Assembly (NCBI RefSeq): GCF_009914755.1
Contig: NC_060939.1
DNA: 64,000 bases
Direction: 5' to 3' (one strand)
DNA from: the human T2T-CHM13v2.0 reference genome, Homo sapiens
The notes below the pieces were generated by a model that was not told the origin of the DNA, ran no database searches, and saw only the letters and a list, made by a program, of their open reading frames with translations. Shown piece after piece: positions 46,166 to 60,815 of this stretch. Positions within the stretch are counted from its first letter, which is position 1. Every line of letters begins with the position of its first letter. A program made the position numbers and the translations under genes.

Positions 46166-48308
46166 TTATATATGATATATGTTATATGTTATGTAATATG
46201 CTTTATATGTAATATATAACCTCATATATATTATATGTCATAATATATAATAGTTATCCTGTGTCATATTATATATATTATATATTTCATAACATATATA
46301 ATATATAATACATATTATACATCTTATATATGAAAATATGTAATTAGAGATAAAATAACATATAGTTATATATAATATGATATATAACATATATACTATA
46401 TCATATATGATATATAATATATAATTTTTTATTGCATATTATAATTCATATATATTATAATTTATATAATGATATAATTATTTATATAATATAAATAATT
46501 ATACATGCTTATATAATTATATATAATATAAATAATAATATATATAATTACATATTCATATCGTTATATATAATAATACATTTCATATGTAATTATATAT
46601 ATCATATAATAGACAACACACCTAATATATAATATATAATATATATTATACAATATAGGATACAAAAGATGTATGATATATAAGATATCATAATATAATA
46701 TATATTTTAACATTATGTATGTAACATGTAATATGTGATATATAAAATAAATTATGTAATATAAAATAATATAATATAATATATACTATATTAAGGTATA
46801 TTATGTAAAGTATGTAATAAAATTATAAGTAACATAATATATAGTTATATATATTATCTTATGTATTTACATAGAGTATTATACAGTTATATATAATTTT
46901 AAATTGTTATATATAATTTAATATAAAACAAATATAATATACATCATAAAATATATATTGTATACCATATATATTATGTATCGTATATTGTATGTTATAT
47001 ATCATATATTTTATATCATATATCATATATTATATGTTATATGTATCACATTCCACATTTTGTATATTATAAATTATATACAATATATGACATATATTAT
47101 ATATAATAAATTATACATTATATGTAACATAGTATATATTATATGTAACATGTATATTCTATGTAAAATATATAATATATAACATATTACATATAATTAA
47201 TAACATAGACATATAATATATATTTAATATATGTACTATATATACAACGTATTATACATACTCTATATAATATATATTATATATATGGCATAAAATATAA
47301 TATATATTATATGTCATATTTCATATATACAATTATATATTATTATATGTTATTTTATATTATATATAACATAGATATAATATATATACCTATAATGTAT
47401 ATTACATATAACGTAGATATTATATATAATATATATAATGTATATTATATATAACGTAGATATTATATATAATATATATAATGTATATTATATATTTAAT
47501 ACGTATATTAACCATATAATATATTCTATATATGATATATAATATATATTATATATGTCATAAAATATAATATATATTATATGTCATTGTATAAATATAA
47601 TACTTATATATTATCAATTATTATATTACATTTAATATATATAATATAAGATGCAGGATGTGAAACAATATTATATATATGTTATTTATATTATATATAT
47701 GATACTATATATTATTGTATACATAATGTGTATATATATTTGTGGGTGCCCTATTTCCCATCTCATAACTTGTTTTAAGAAGCGCAGCATAATAATGTGT
47801 GGGCTTGGGATTCAGTTTTTGAAACAAAACACTGAGCCTTCAATGACCTTTCGGTCTATGTAGAAGCGCTCCTGTCTTCGTGGCAGCAGTTGGACCTCAC
47901 AATGTGGATTGTGCCGTCACCCTGCAATGTTTATGCCCTATCGCCATGGTGATGGGATTAGGGATCTCCTGCTCTTGGTCCTAAAGGCCACTGTCTGTGC
48001 TGTGTTTTTCAAAGGTCAGCACAGAGTGAACCTTTGTGGTTTTATTTTCCCTGAGTTTGATTTTTCTCATGGGGAACCTGTGGTGCTGCTTTGAAGGTAT
48101 ATTCATACTGTCCTTTCAAATGCCAACTCTTCAAATTACTAGTTAATGCTTTCAAAGTATGTTATTTCAAAAATTATCCTCTGTATTTTCCATATGCAGT
48201 TATAAATATGTTTCATGGTTATGTTTCATTCCTCAGTTTATATATTTGATTATTATACCACGCAGAGTACCTTTGAAATTTTTTTTCATCTAAAAAATAT
48301 GTAAATTA

Positions 48309-48598
48309 GCTCAGGCCTGTAATCCCAGCAAATTTGGAGGCCAAGGCAAGGGGATCACAAGGTAAAGAGATCAAGACCATCCTGGCCAATACAGTGAAAG
48401 GCTGTCACTACTAAAAATCCAAAAAATTAGCTAGGCATTGTGGCAGCTGGTGTAGTCCCAGTGTGGTGTAGTCCAAGCTACCTGGGAGGCTGAGGGAGGG
48501 CAATCGCTTGAACCCGTGAGGCAGATGTTGCAGTGAGCAAATTTGGTGCCATTGTACTCCACCCTGTGCAACAGGACAACACTCTGTCTAAAAAAAAA
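48309..48598 (+). mobile_element. Alu copy, U20
   Basis: Same sequence as 1973-2262. Confidence 0.95.
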
Positions 48599-48707
48599 TT
48601 ATATATGATATATGTTATATGTTATGTAATATGCTTTATATGTAATATATAACCTCATATATATTATATGTCATAATATATAATATTTATCCTGTGTCAT
48701 ATTATAT

Positions 48708-48781
48708 ATATTATATATTTCATAACATATATAATATATAATACATATTATATATTTCATAACATATATAATATATAATAC
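48708..48781 (+). repeat. Perfect 37-bp tandem duplication in U20 (same as in U1)
   Basis: ATATTATATATTTCATAACATATATAATATATAATAC x2; unit length 2477. Confidence 0.9.
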
Positions 48782-50784
48782 ATATTATACATCTTATATA
48801 TGAAAATATGTAATTAGAGATAAAATAACATATAGTTATATATAATATGATATATAACATATATACTATATCATATATGATATATAATATATAATTTTTT
48901 ATTACATATCATAATTCATATATATTATAATTTATATAATGATATAATTATTTATATAATATAAATAATTATACATGCTTATATAATTATATATAATATA
49001 AATAATAATGTATATAATTTCATATTCTTATCGTTATATATAATAATACATTTCATATGTAATTATATATATCATATAATAGACAACACACCTAATATAT
49101 AATATATAATATATATTATACAATATAGGATACATAATATGTATGATATATAAGATATCATAATATAATATATATTTTAACATTATGTATGTAACATGTA
49201 ATATGTGATATATAAAATAAATTATGTAATATAAAATAATATAATATAATATATACTATATTAAGGTATATTATGTAAAGTATGTAATAAAATTATAAGT
49301 AACATAATATATAGTTATATATATTATCTTATGTATTTACATAGAGTATTATACAGTTATATATAATTTTAAATTGTTATATATAATTTAATATAAAACA
49401 AATATAATATACATCATAAAATATATATTGTATACCATATATATATTATGTATCATATATTGTATGTTATATATCATATATTGTATATCATATATCATAT
49501 ATTATATGTTATATGTATCACATTCCACATTTTGTATATTATAAATTATATACAATATATGACATATATTATATTATATATAATAAATTATACATTATAT
49601 GTAACATAGTATATATTATATGTAACATGTATATTCTATGTAAAATATATAATATATAACATATTACATATAATTAATAACATAGACATATAATATATAT
49701 TTAACATATGTACTATATATACAACGTATTATACATATACTATATAATATATATTATATATATGGCATAAAATATAATATATATTATATGTCATATTTTA
49801 TATATACAATTATATATTATTATATGTTATTTTATATTATGTATAACATAGATATAATATATATACCTATAATGTATATTACATATAACGTAGATATTAT
49901 ATATAATATATATAATGTATATTATATATAACGTAGATATTATATATAATATATATAATGTATATTATATATTTAATACGTATATTAACCATATAATATA
50001 TTCTATATATGATATATAATATATATTATATATGTCATAAAATATAATATATATTATATGTCATTGTATAAATATAATACTTATATATTATCAATTATTA
50101 TATTACATTTAATATATATAATATAAGATGCAGGATGTGAAACTATATTATATATATGTTATTTATATTATATATATGATACTATATATTATTGTATACA
50201 TAATGTGTATATATATTTGTGGGTGCCCTATTTCCCATCTCATAACTTGTTTTAAGAAGCGCAGCATAATAATGTGTGGGCTTGGGATTCAGTTTTTGAA
50301 ACAAAACACTGAGCCTTCAATGACCTTTCGGTCTATGTAGAAGCGCTCCTGTCTTCGTGGCAGCAGTTGGACCTCACAATGTGGATTGTGCCGTCACCCT
50401 GCAATGTTTATGCCCTATCGCCATGGTGACGGGATTAGGGATCTCCTGCTCTTGGTCCTAAAGGCCACTGTCTGTGCTGTGTTTTTCAAAGGTCAGCACA
50501 GAGTGAACCTTTGTGGTTTTATTTTCCCTGAGTTTGATTTTTCTCATGGGGAACCTGTGGTGCTGCTTTGAAGGTATATTCATACTGGCCTTTCAAATGC
50601 CAACTCTTCAAATTACTAGTTAATGCTTTCAAAGTATGTTATTTCAAAAATTATCCTCCGTATTTTCCATATGCAGTTATAAATATGTTTCATGGTTATG
50701 TTTCATTCCTCAGTTTATATATTTGATTATTGTACCAAGCAGAGTACCTTTGAAATTTTTTTCATCTAAAAAATATGTAAATTA

Positions 50785-51074
50785 GCTCAGGCCTGTAATC
50801 CCAGCAAATTTGGAGGCCAAGGCAAGGGGATCACAAGGTAAAGAGATCAAGACCATCCTGGCCAATACAGTGAAACGCTGTCACTACTAAAAATCCAAAA
50901 AATTAGCTAGGCATTGTGGCAGCTGGTGTAGTCCCAGTGTGGTGTAGTCCAAGCTACCTGGGAGGCTGAGGGAGGGCAATCGCTTGAACCCGTGAGGCAG
51001 ATGTTGCAGTGAGCAAATTTGGTGCCATTGTACTCCACCCTGTGCAACAGGACAACACTCTGTCTAAAAAAAAA
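50785..51074 (+). mobile_element. Alu copy, U21
   Basis: Same sequence as 1973-2262. Confidence 0.95.
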
Positions 51075-53224
51075 TTATATATGATATATGTTATATGTTA
51101 TGTAATATGCTTTATATGTAATATATAACCTCATATATATTATATGTCATAATATATAATAGTTATCCTGTGTCATATTATATATATTATATATTTCATA
51201 ACATATATAATATATAATACATATTATACATCTTATATATGAAAATATGTAATTAGAGATAAAATAACATATAGTTATATATAATATGATATATAACATA
51301 TATACTATATCATATATGATATATAATATATAATTTTTTATTGCATATTATAATATATATATGTTATAATTTATATAATGATATAATTATATATATAATA
51401 TAAATAATTATACATGCTTATATAATTATATATAATATAAATAATAATATATATAATTACATATTCATATCGTTATATATAATAATACATTTCATATGTA
51501 ATTATATATATCATATAATAGACAACACACCTAATATATAATATATAATATATATTATACAATATAGGATACAAAAGATGTATGATATATAAGATATCAT
51601 AATATAATATATATTTTAACATTATGTATGTAACATGTAATATGTGATATATAAAATAAATTATGTAATATAAAATAATATAATATAATATATACTATAT
51701 TAAGGTATATTATGTAAAGTATGTAATAAAATTATAAGTAACATAATATATAGTTATATATATTATCTTATGTATTTACATAGAGTATTATACAGTTATA
51801 TATAATTTTAAATTGTTATATATAATTTAATATAAAACAAATATAATATATATCATAACATATATATTGTATACCATATATATATTATGTATCATATATT
51901 GTATGTTATATATTATATATTCTATATCATATATAATATATTATATGTTATATATATCACATTCCACATTTTGTATATTATAAATTATATGCAATATATG
52001 ACATGTATTATATTATATATAATAAATTATACATTATATGTAACATAGTATATATTATATGTAACATGTATATTCTATGTAAAATATATAATATATAACA
52101 TATTACATATAATTAATAACATAGACATATAATATATATTTAACATATGTACTATATATACAACGTATTATACATATACTATATAATATATATTATATAT
52201 ATGGCATAAAATATAATATATATTATATGTCATATTTTATATATACAATTATATATTATTATATGTTATTTTATATTATCTATAACATAGATATAATATA
52301 TACACCTATAATGTATATTACATATAATGTAGATATTATATATAATATATATAATGTATATTATATATAACGTAGATATTATATATAATATATATAATGT
52401 ATATTATATATTTAATACGTATACTAACCATATAATATATTCTATATATGATATATAATATATATTATATATGTCATAAAATATAATATATATTATATGT
52501 CATTGTATAAATATAATACTTATATATTATCAATTATTATATTACATTTAATATATATAATATAAGATGCAGGATGTGAAACAATATTATATATATGTTA
52601 TTTATATTATATATATGATACTATATATTATTGTATACATAATGTGTATATATATTTGTGGGTGCCCTATTTCCCATCTCATAACTTGTTTTAAGAAGCG
52701 CAGCATAATAATGTGTGGGCTTGGGATTCAGTTTTTGAAACAAAACACTGAGCCTTCAATGACCTTTCGGTCTATGTAGAAGCGCTCCTGTCTTCGTGGC
52801 AGCAGTTGGACCTCACAATGTGGATTGTGCCGTCACCCTGCAATGTTTATGCCCTATCGCCATGGTGACGGGATTAGGGATCTCCTGCTCTTGGTCCTAA
52901 AGGCCACTGTCTGTGCTGTGTTTTTCAAAGGTCAGCACAGAGTGAACCTTTGTGGTTTTATTTTCCCTGAGTTTGATTTTTCTCATGGGGAACCTGTGGT
53001 GCTGCTTTGAAGGTATATTCATACTGGCCTTTCAAATGCCAACTCTTCAAATTACTAGTTAATGCTTTCAAAGTATGTTATTTCAAAAATTATCCTCCGT
53101 ATTTTCCATATGCAGTTATAAATATGTTTCATGGTTATGTTTCATTCCTCAGTTTATATATTTGATTATTGTACCAAGCAGAGTACCTTTGAAATTTTTT
53201 TTCATCTAAAAAATATGTAAATTA

Positions 53225-53514
53225 GCTCAGGCCTGTAATCCCAGCAAATTTGGAGGCCAAGGCAAGGGGATCACAAGGTAAAGAGATCAAGACCATCCTG
53301 GCCAATACAGTGAAACGCTGTCACTACTAAAAATCCAAAAAATTAGCTAGGCATTGTGGCAGCTGGTGTAGTCCCAGTGTGGTGTAGTCCAAGCTACCTG
53401 GGAGGCTGAGGGAGGGCAATCGCTTGAACCCGTGAGGCAGATGTTGCAGTGAGCAAATTTGGTGCCATTGTACTCCACCCTGTGCAACAGGACAACACTC
53501 TGTCTAAAAAAAAA
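53225..53514 (+). mobile_element. Alu copy, U22
   Basis: Same sequence as 1973-2262. Confidence 0.95.
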
Positions 53515-55659
53515 TTATATATGATATATGTTATATGTTATGTAATATGCTTTATATGTAATATATAACCTCATATATATTATATGTCATAATATATAAT
53601 ATTTATCCTGTGTCATATTATATATATTATATATTTCATAACATATATAATATATAATACATATTATACATCTTATATATGAAAATATGTAATTAGAGAT
53701 AAAATAACATATAGTTATATATAATATGATATATAACATATATACTATATCATATATGATATATAATATATTTTTATTACATATTATAATTCATATATAT
53801 TATAATTTATATAATGATATAATTATTTATATAATATAAATAATTATACATAATTATATAATTATATATAATATAAATAATAATATATATAATTACATAT
53901 TCATATCGTTATATATAATAATACATTTCATATGTAATTATATATATCATATAATAGACAACACACCTAATATATAATATATAATATATATTATACAATA
54001 TAGGATACATAATATGTATGATATATAAGATATCATAATATAATATATATTTTAACATTATGTATGTAACATGTAATATGTGATATATAAAATAAATTAT
54101 GTAATATAAAATAATATAATATAATATATACTATATTAAGGTATATTATGTAAAGTATGTAATAAAATTATAAGTAACATAATATATAGTTGTATATATT
54201 ATCTTATGTATTTACATAGAGTATTATACAGTTATATATAATTTTAAATTGTTATATATAATTTAATATAAAACAAATATAATATATATCATAACATATA
54301 TATTGTATACCATATATATATTATGTATCATATATTGTATGTTATATATTATATATTCTATATCATATATCATATATTATGTGTTATATGTATCACATTC
54401 CACATTTTGTATATTATAAATTATATAAAATATATGACATATATTATATTATATATAATAAATTATACATTATATGTAACATAGCATATATTATATGTAA
54501 CATGTATATTCTATGTAAAATATATAATATATAACATATTACAAATAATTAATAACATAGACATATAATATATATTTAACATATGTACTATATATACAAC
54601 GTATTATACATATACTATATAATATATATTATATATATGGCATAAAATATAATATATATTATATGTCATATTTTATATATACAATTATATATTATTATAT
54701 GTTATTTTATATTATCTATAACATAGATATAATATATATACCTATAATGTATATTACATATAACGTAGATATTATATATAATATATATAATGTATATTAT
54801 ATATAACGTAGATATTATATATAATATATATAATGTATATTATATATTTAATACGTATATTAACCATATAATATATTCTATATATGATATATAATATATA
54901 TTATATATGTCATAAAATATAATATATATTATATGTCATTGTATAAATATAATACTTATATATTATCAATTATTATATTACATTTAATATATATAATATA
55001 AGATGCAGGATGTGAAACAATATTATATCTATGTTATTTATATTATATATATGATACTATATATTATTGTATACATAATGTGTATATATATTTGTGGGTG
55101 CCCTATTTCCCATCTCATAACTTGTTTTAAGAAGCGCAGCATAATAATGTGTGGGCTTGGGATTCAGTTTTTGAAACAAAACACTGAGCCTTCAATGACC
55201 TTTCGGTCTATGTAGAAGCGCTCCTGTCTTCGTGGCAGCAGTTGGACCTCACAATGTGGATTGTGCCGTCACCCTGCAATGTTTATGCCCTATCGCCATG
55301 GTGACGGGATTAGGGATCTCCTGCTCTTGGTCCTAAAGGCCACTGTCTGTGCTGTGTTTTTCAAAGGTCAGCACAGAGTGAACCTTTGTGGTTTTATTTT
55401 CCCTGAGTTTGATTTTTCTCATGGGAAACTGTGTTGCTGCTTTGAAGGTATATTCATACTGGCCTTTCAAATGCCAACTCTTCAAATTACTAGTTAATGC
55501 TTTCAAAGTATGTTATTTCAAAAATTATCCTCCGTATTTTCCATATGCAGTTATAAATATGTTTCATGGTTATGTTTCATTCCTCAGTTTATATATTTGA
55601 TTATTGTACCAAGCAGAGTACCTTTGAAATTTTTTTTCATCTAAAAAATATGTAAATTA

Positions 55660-55948
55660 GCTCAGGCCTGTAATCCCAGCAAATTTGGAGGCCAAGGCAA
55701 GGGGATCACAAGGTAAAGAGATCAAGACCATCCTGGCCAATACAGTGAAACGCTGTCACTACTAAAAATCCAAAAAATTAGCTAGGCATTGTGGCAGCTG
55801 GTGTAGCCCAGTGTGGTGTAGTCCAAGCTACCTGGGAGGCTGAGGGAGGGCAATCGCTTGAACCCGTGAGGCAGATGTTGCAGTGAGCAAATTTGGTGCC
55901 ATTGTACTCCACCCTGTGCAACAGGACAACACTCTGTCTAAAAAAAAA
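55660..55948 (+). mobile_element. Alu copy, U23 (1-bp deletion, GTAGCCCAG)
   Basis: Same variant as the U9 Alu. Confidence 0.95.
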
Positions 55949-58092
55949 TTATATATGATATATGTTATATGTTATGTAATATGCTTTATATGTAATATAT
56001 AACCTCATATATATTATATGTCAAAATATATAATATTTATCCTGTGTCATATTATATATATTATATATTTCATAACATATATAATATATAATACATATTA
56101 TACATCTTATATATGAAAATATGTAATTAGAGATAAAATAACATATAGTTATATATAATATGATATATAACATATATACTATATCATATATGATATATAA
56201 TATATTTTTATTACATATTATAATTCATATATATTATAATTTATATAATGATATAATTATTTATATAATATAAATAATTATACATAATTATATAATTATA
56301 TATAATATAAATAATAATATATATAATTACATATTCATATCGTTATATATAATAATACATTTCATATGTAATTATATATATCATATAATAGACAACACAC
56401 CTAATATATAATATATAATATATATTATACAATATAGGATACATAATATGTATGATATATAAGATATCATAATATAATATATATTTTAACATTATGTATG
56501 TAACATGTAATATGTGATATATAAAATAAATTATGTAATATAAAATAATATAATATAATATATACTATATTAAGGTATATTATGTAAAGTATGTAATAAA
56601 ATTATAAGTAACATAATATATAGTTATATATATTATCTTATGTATTTACATAGAGTATTATACAGTTATATATAATTTTAAATTGTTATATATAATTTAA
56701 TATAAAACAAATATAATATACATCATAAAATATATATTGTATACCATATATATTATGTATCATATATTGTATGTTATATATCATATATTGTATATCATAT
56801 ATCATATATTATATGTTATATGTATCACATTCCACATTTTGTATATTATAAATTATATACAATATATGACATATATTATATTATATATAATAAATTATAC
56901 ATTATATGTAACATAGTATATATTATATGTAACATGTATATTCTATGTAAAATATATAATATATAACATATTACATATAATTAATAACATAGACATATAA
57001 TATATATTTAACATATGTACTATATATACAACGTATTATACATATACTATATAATATATATTATATATATGGCATAAAATATAATATATATTATATGTCA
57101 TATTTTATATATACAATTATATATTATTATATGTTATTTTATATTATCTATAACATAGATATAATATATATACCTATAATGTATATTACATATAATGTAG
57201 ATATTATATATAATATATATAATGTATATTATATATAACGTAGATATTATATATAATGTATATAATGTATATTATATATTTAATACGTATACTAACCATA
57301 TAATATATTCTATATATGATATATAATATATATTATATATGTCATAAAATATAATATATATTATATGTCATTGTATAAATATAATACTTATATATTATCA
57401 ATTATTATATTACATTTAATATATATAATATAAGATGCAGGATGTGAAACAATATTATATATATGTTATTTATATTATATATATGATACTATATATTATT
57501 GTATACATAATGTGTATATATATTTGTGGGTGCCCTATTTCCCATCTCATAACTTGTTTTAAGAAGCGCAGCATAATAATGTGTGGGCTTGGGATTCAGT
57601 TTTTGAAACAAAACACTGAGCCTTCAATGACCTTTCGGTCTATGTAGAAGCGCTCCTGTCTTCGTGGCAGCAGTTGGACCTCACAATGTGGATTGTGCCG
57701 TCACCCTGCAATGTTTATGCCCTATCGCCATGGTGACGGGATTAGGGATCTCCTGCTCTTGGTCCTAAAGGCCACTGTCTGTGCTGTGTTTTTCAAAGGT
57801 CAGCACAGAGTGAACCTTTGTGGTTTTATTTTCCCTGAGTTTGATTTTTCTCATGGGGAACCTGTGGTGCTGCTTTGAAGGTATATTCATACTGGCCTTT
57901 CAAATGCCAACTCTTCAAATTACTAGTTAATGCTTTCAAAGTATGTTATTTCAAAAATTATCCTCCGTATTTTCCATATGCAGTTATAAATATGTTTCAT
58001 GGTTATGTTTCATTCCTCAGTTTATATATTTGATTATTGTACCAAGCAGAGTACCTTTGAAATTTTTTTTCATCTAAAAAATATGTAAATTA

Positions 58093-58382
58093 GCTCAGGC
58101 CTGTAATCCCAGCAAATTTGGAGGCCAAGGCAAGGGGATCACAAGGTAAAGAGATCAAGACCATCCTGGCCAATACAGTGAAACGCTGTCACTACTAAAA
58201 ATCCAAAAAATTAGCTAGGCATTGTGGCAGCTGGTGTAGTCCCAGTGTGGTGTAGTCCAAGCTACCTGGGAGGCTGAGGGAGGGCAATCGCTTGAACCCG
58301 TGAGGCAGATGTTGCAGTGAGCAAATTTGGTGCCATTGTACTCCACCCTGTGCAACAGGACAACACTCTGTCTAAAAAAAAA
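58093..58382 (+). mobile_element. Alu copy, U24
   Basis: Same sequence as 1973-2262. Confidence 0.95.
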
Positions 58383-60525
58383 TTATATATGATATATGTT
58401 ATATGTTATGTAATATGCTTTATATGTAATATATAAACTCATATATATTATATGTCATAATATATAATAGTTATCCTGTGTCATATTATATATATTATAT
58501 ATTTCATAACATATATAATATATAATACATATTATACATCTTATATATGAAAATATGTAATTAGAGATAAAATAACATATAGTTATATATAATATGATAT
58601 ATAACATATATACTATATCATATATGATATATAATATATAATTTTTTATTGCATATTATAATTCATATATATTATAATTTATATAATGATATAATTATTT
58701 ATATAATATAAATAATTATACATGCTTATATAATTATATATAATATAAATAATAATATATATAATTACATATTCATATCGTTATATATAATAATACATTT
58801 CATATGTAATTATATATATCATATAATAGACAACACACCTAATATATAATATATAATATATATTATACAATATAGGATACAAAAGATGTATGATATATAA
58901 GATATCATAATATAATATATATTTTAACATTATGTATGTAACATGTAATATGTGATATATAAAATAAATTATGTAATATAAAATAATATAATATAATATA
59001 TACTATATTAAGGTATATTATGTAAAGTATGTAATAAAATTATAAGTAACATAATATATAGTTATATATATTATCTTATGTATTTACATAGAGTATTATA
59101 CAGTTATATATAATTTTAAATTGTTATATATAATTTAATATAAAACAAATATAATATACATCATAACATATATATTGTATACCATATATATATTATGTAT
59201 CATATATTGTATGTTATATATCATATATTGTATATCATATATTATATGTTATATGTATCACATTCCACATTTTGTATATTATAAATTATATACAATATAT
59301 GACATATATTATATTATATATAATAAATTATACATTATATGTAACATAGTATATATTATATGTAACATGTATATTCTATGTAAAATATATAATATATAAC
59401 ATATTACATATAATTAATAACATAGACATATAATATATATTTAACATATGTACTATATATACAACGTATTATACATATACTATATAATATATATTATATA
59501 TATGGCATAAAATATAATATATATTATATGTCATATTTTATATATACAATTATATATTATTATATGTTATTTTATATTATCTATAACATAGATATAATAT
59601 ATATACCTATAATGTATATTACATATAACGTAGATATTATATATAATATATATAATGTATATTATATATAACGTAGATATTATATATAATATATATAATG
59701 TATATTATATATTTAATACGTATATTAACCATATAATATATTCTATATATGATATATAATATATATTATATATGTCATAAAACATAATATATAATATATG
59801 TCATTGTATAAATATAATACTTATATATTATCAATTATTATATTACATTTAATATATATAATATAAGATGCAGGATGTGAGACAATATTATATATATGTT
59901 ATTTATATTATATATATGATACTATATATTATTGTATACATAATGTGTATATATATTTGTGGGTGCCCTATTTCCCATCTCATAACTTGTTTTAAGAAGC
60001 GCAGCATAATAATGTGTGGGCTTGGGATTCAGTTTTTGAAACAAAACACTGAGCCTTCAATGACCTTTCGGTCTATGTAGAAGCGCTCCTGTCTTCGTGG
60101 CAGCAGTTGGACCTCACAATGTGGATTGTGCCGTCACCCTGCAATGTTTATGCCCTATCGCCATGGTGACGGGATTAGGGATCTCCTGCTCTTGGTCCTA
60201 AAGGCCACTGTCTGTGCTGTGTTTTTCAAAGGTCAGCACAGAGTGAACCTTTGTGGTTTTATTTTCCCTGAGTTTGATTTTTCTCATGGGGAACCTGTGG
60301 TGCTGCTTTGAAGGTATATTCATACTGGCCTTTCAAATGCCAACTCTTCAAATTACTAGTTAATGCTTTCAAAGTATGTTATTTCAAAAATTATCCTCTG
60401 TATTTTCCATATGCAGTTATAAATATGTTGCATGGTTATGTTTCATTCCTCAGTTTATATATTTGATTATTGTACCAAGCAGCGTACCTTTGAAATTTTT
60501 TTTCATCTAAAAAATATGTAAATTA

Positions 60526-60815
60526 GCTCAGGCCTGTAATCCCAGCAAATTTGGAGGCCAAGGCAAGGGGATCACAAGGTAAAGAGATCAAGACCATCCT
60601 GGCCAATACAGTGAAACGCTGTCACTACTAAAAATCCAAAAAATTAGCTAGGCATTGTGGCAGCTGGTGTAGTCCCAGTGTGGTGTAGTCCAAGCTACCT
60701 GGGAGGCTGAGGGAGGGCAATCGCTTGAACCCGTGAGGCAGATGTTGCAGTGAGCAAATTTGGTGCCATTGTACTCCACCCTGTGCAACAGGACAACACT
60801 CTGTCTAAAAAAAAA
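60526..60815 (+). mobile_element. Alu copy, U25
   Basis: Same sequence as 1973-2262. Confidence 0.95.

Noticed and set aside
31221-50762. T7 instead of T8 in U13 and U21 as a shared-descent marker
   Set aside because: Homopolymer length is prone to slippage and error, and U17, the twin of U13, has T8.
55261-55600. Unique 78-aa and 70-aa ORFs in U23
   Set aside because: Created by GGGG>GGG near 55424, a homopolymer change absent in twin U9; either a neutral indel or a sequencing error.
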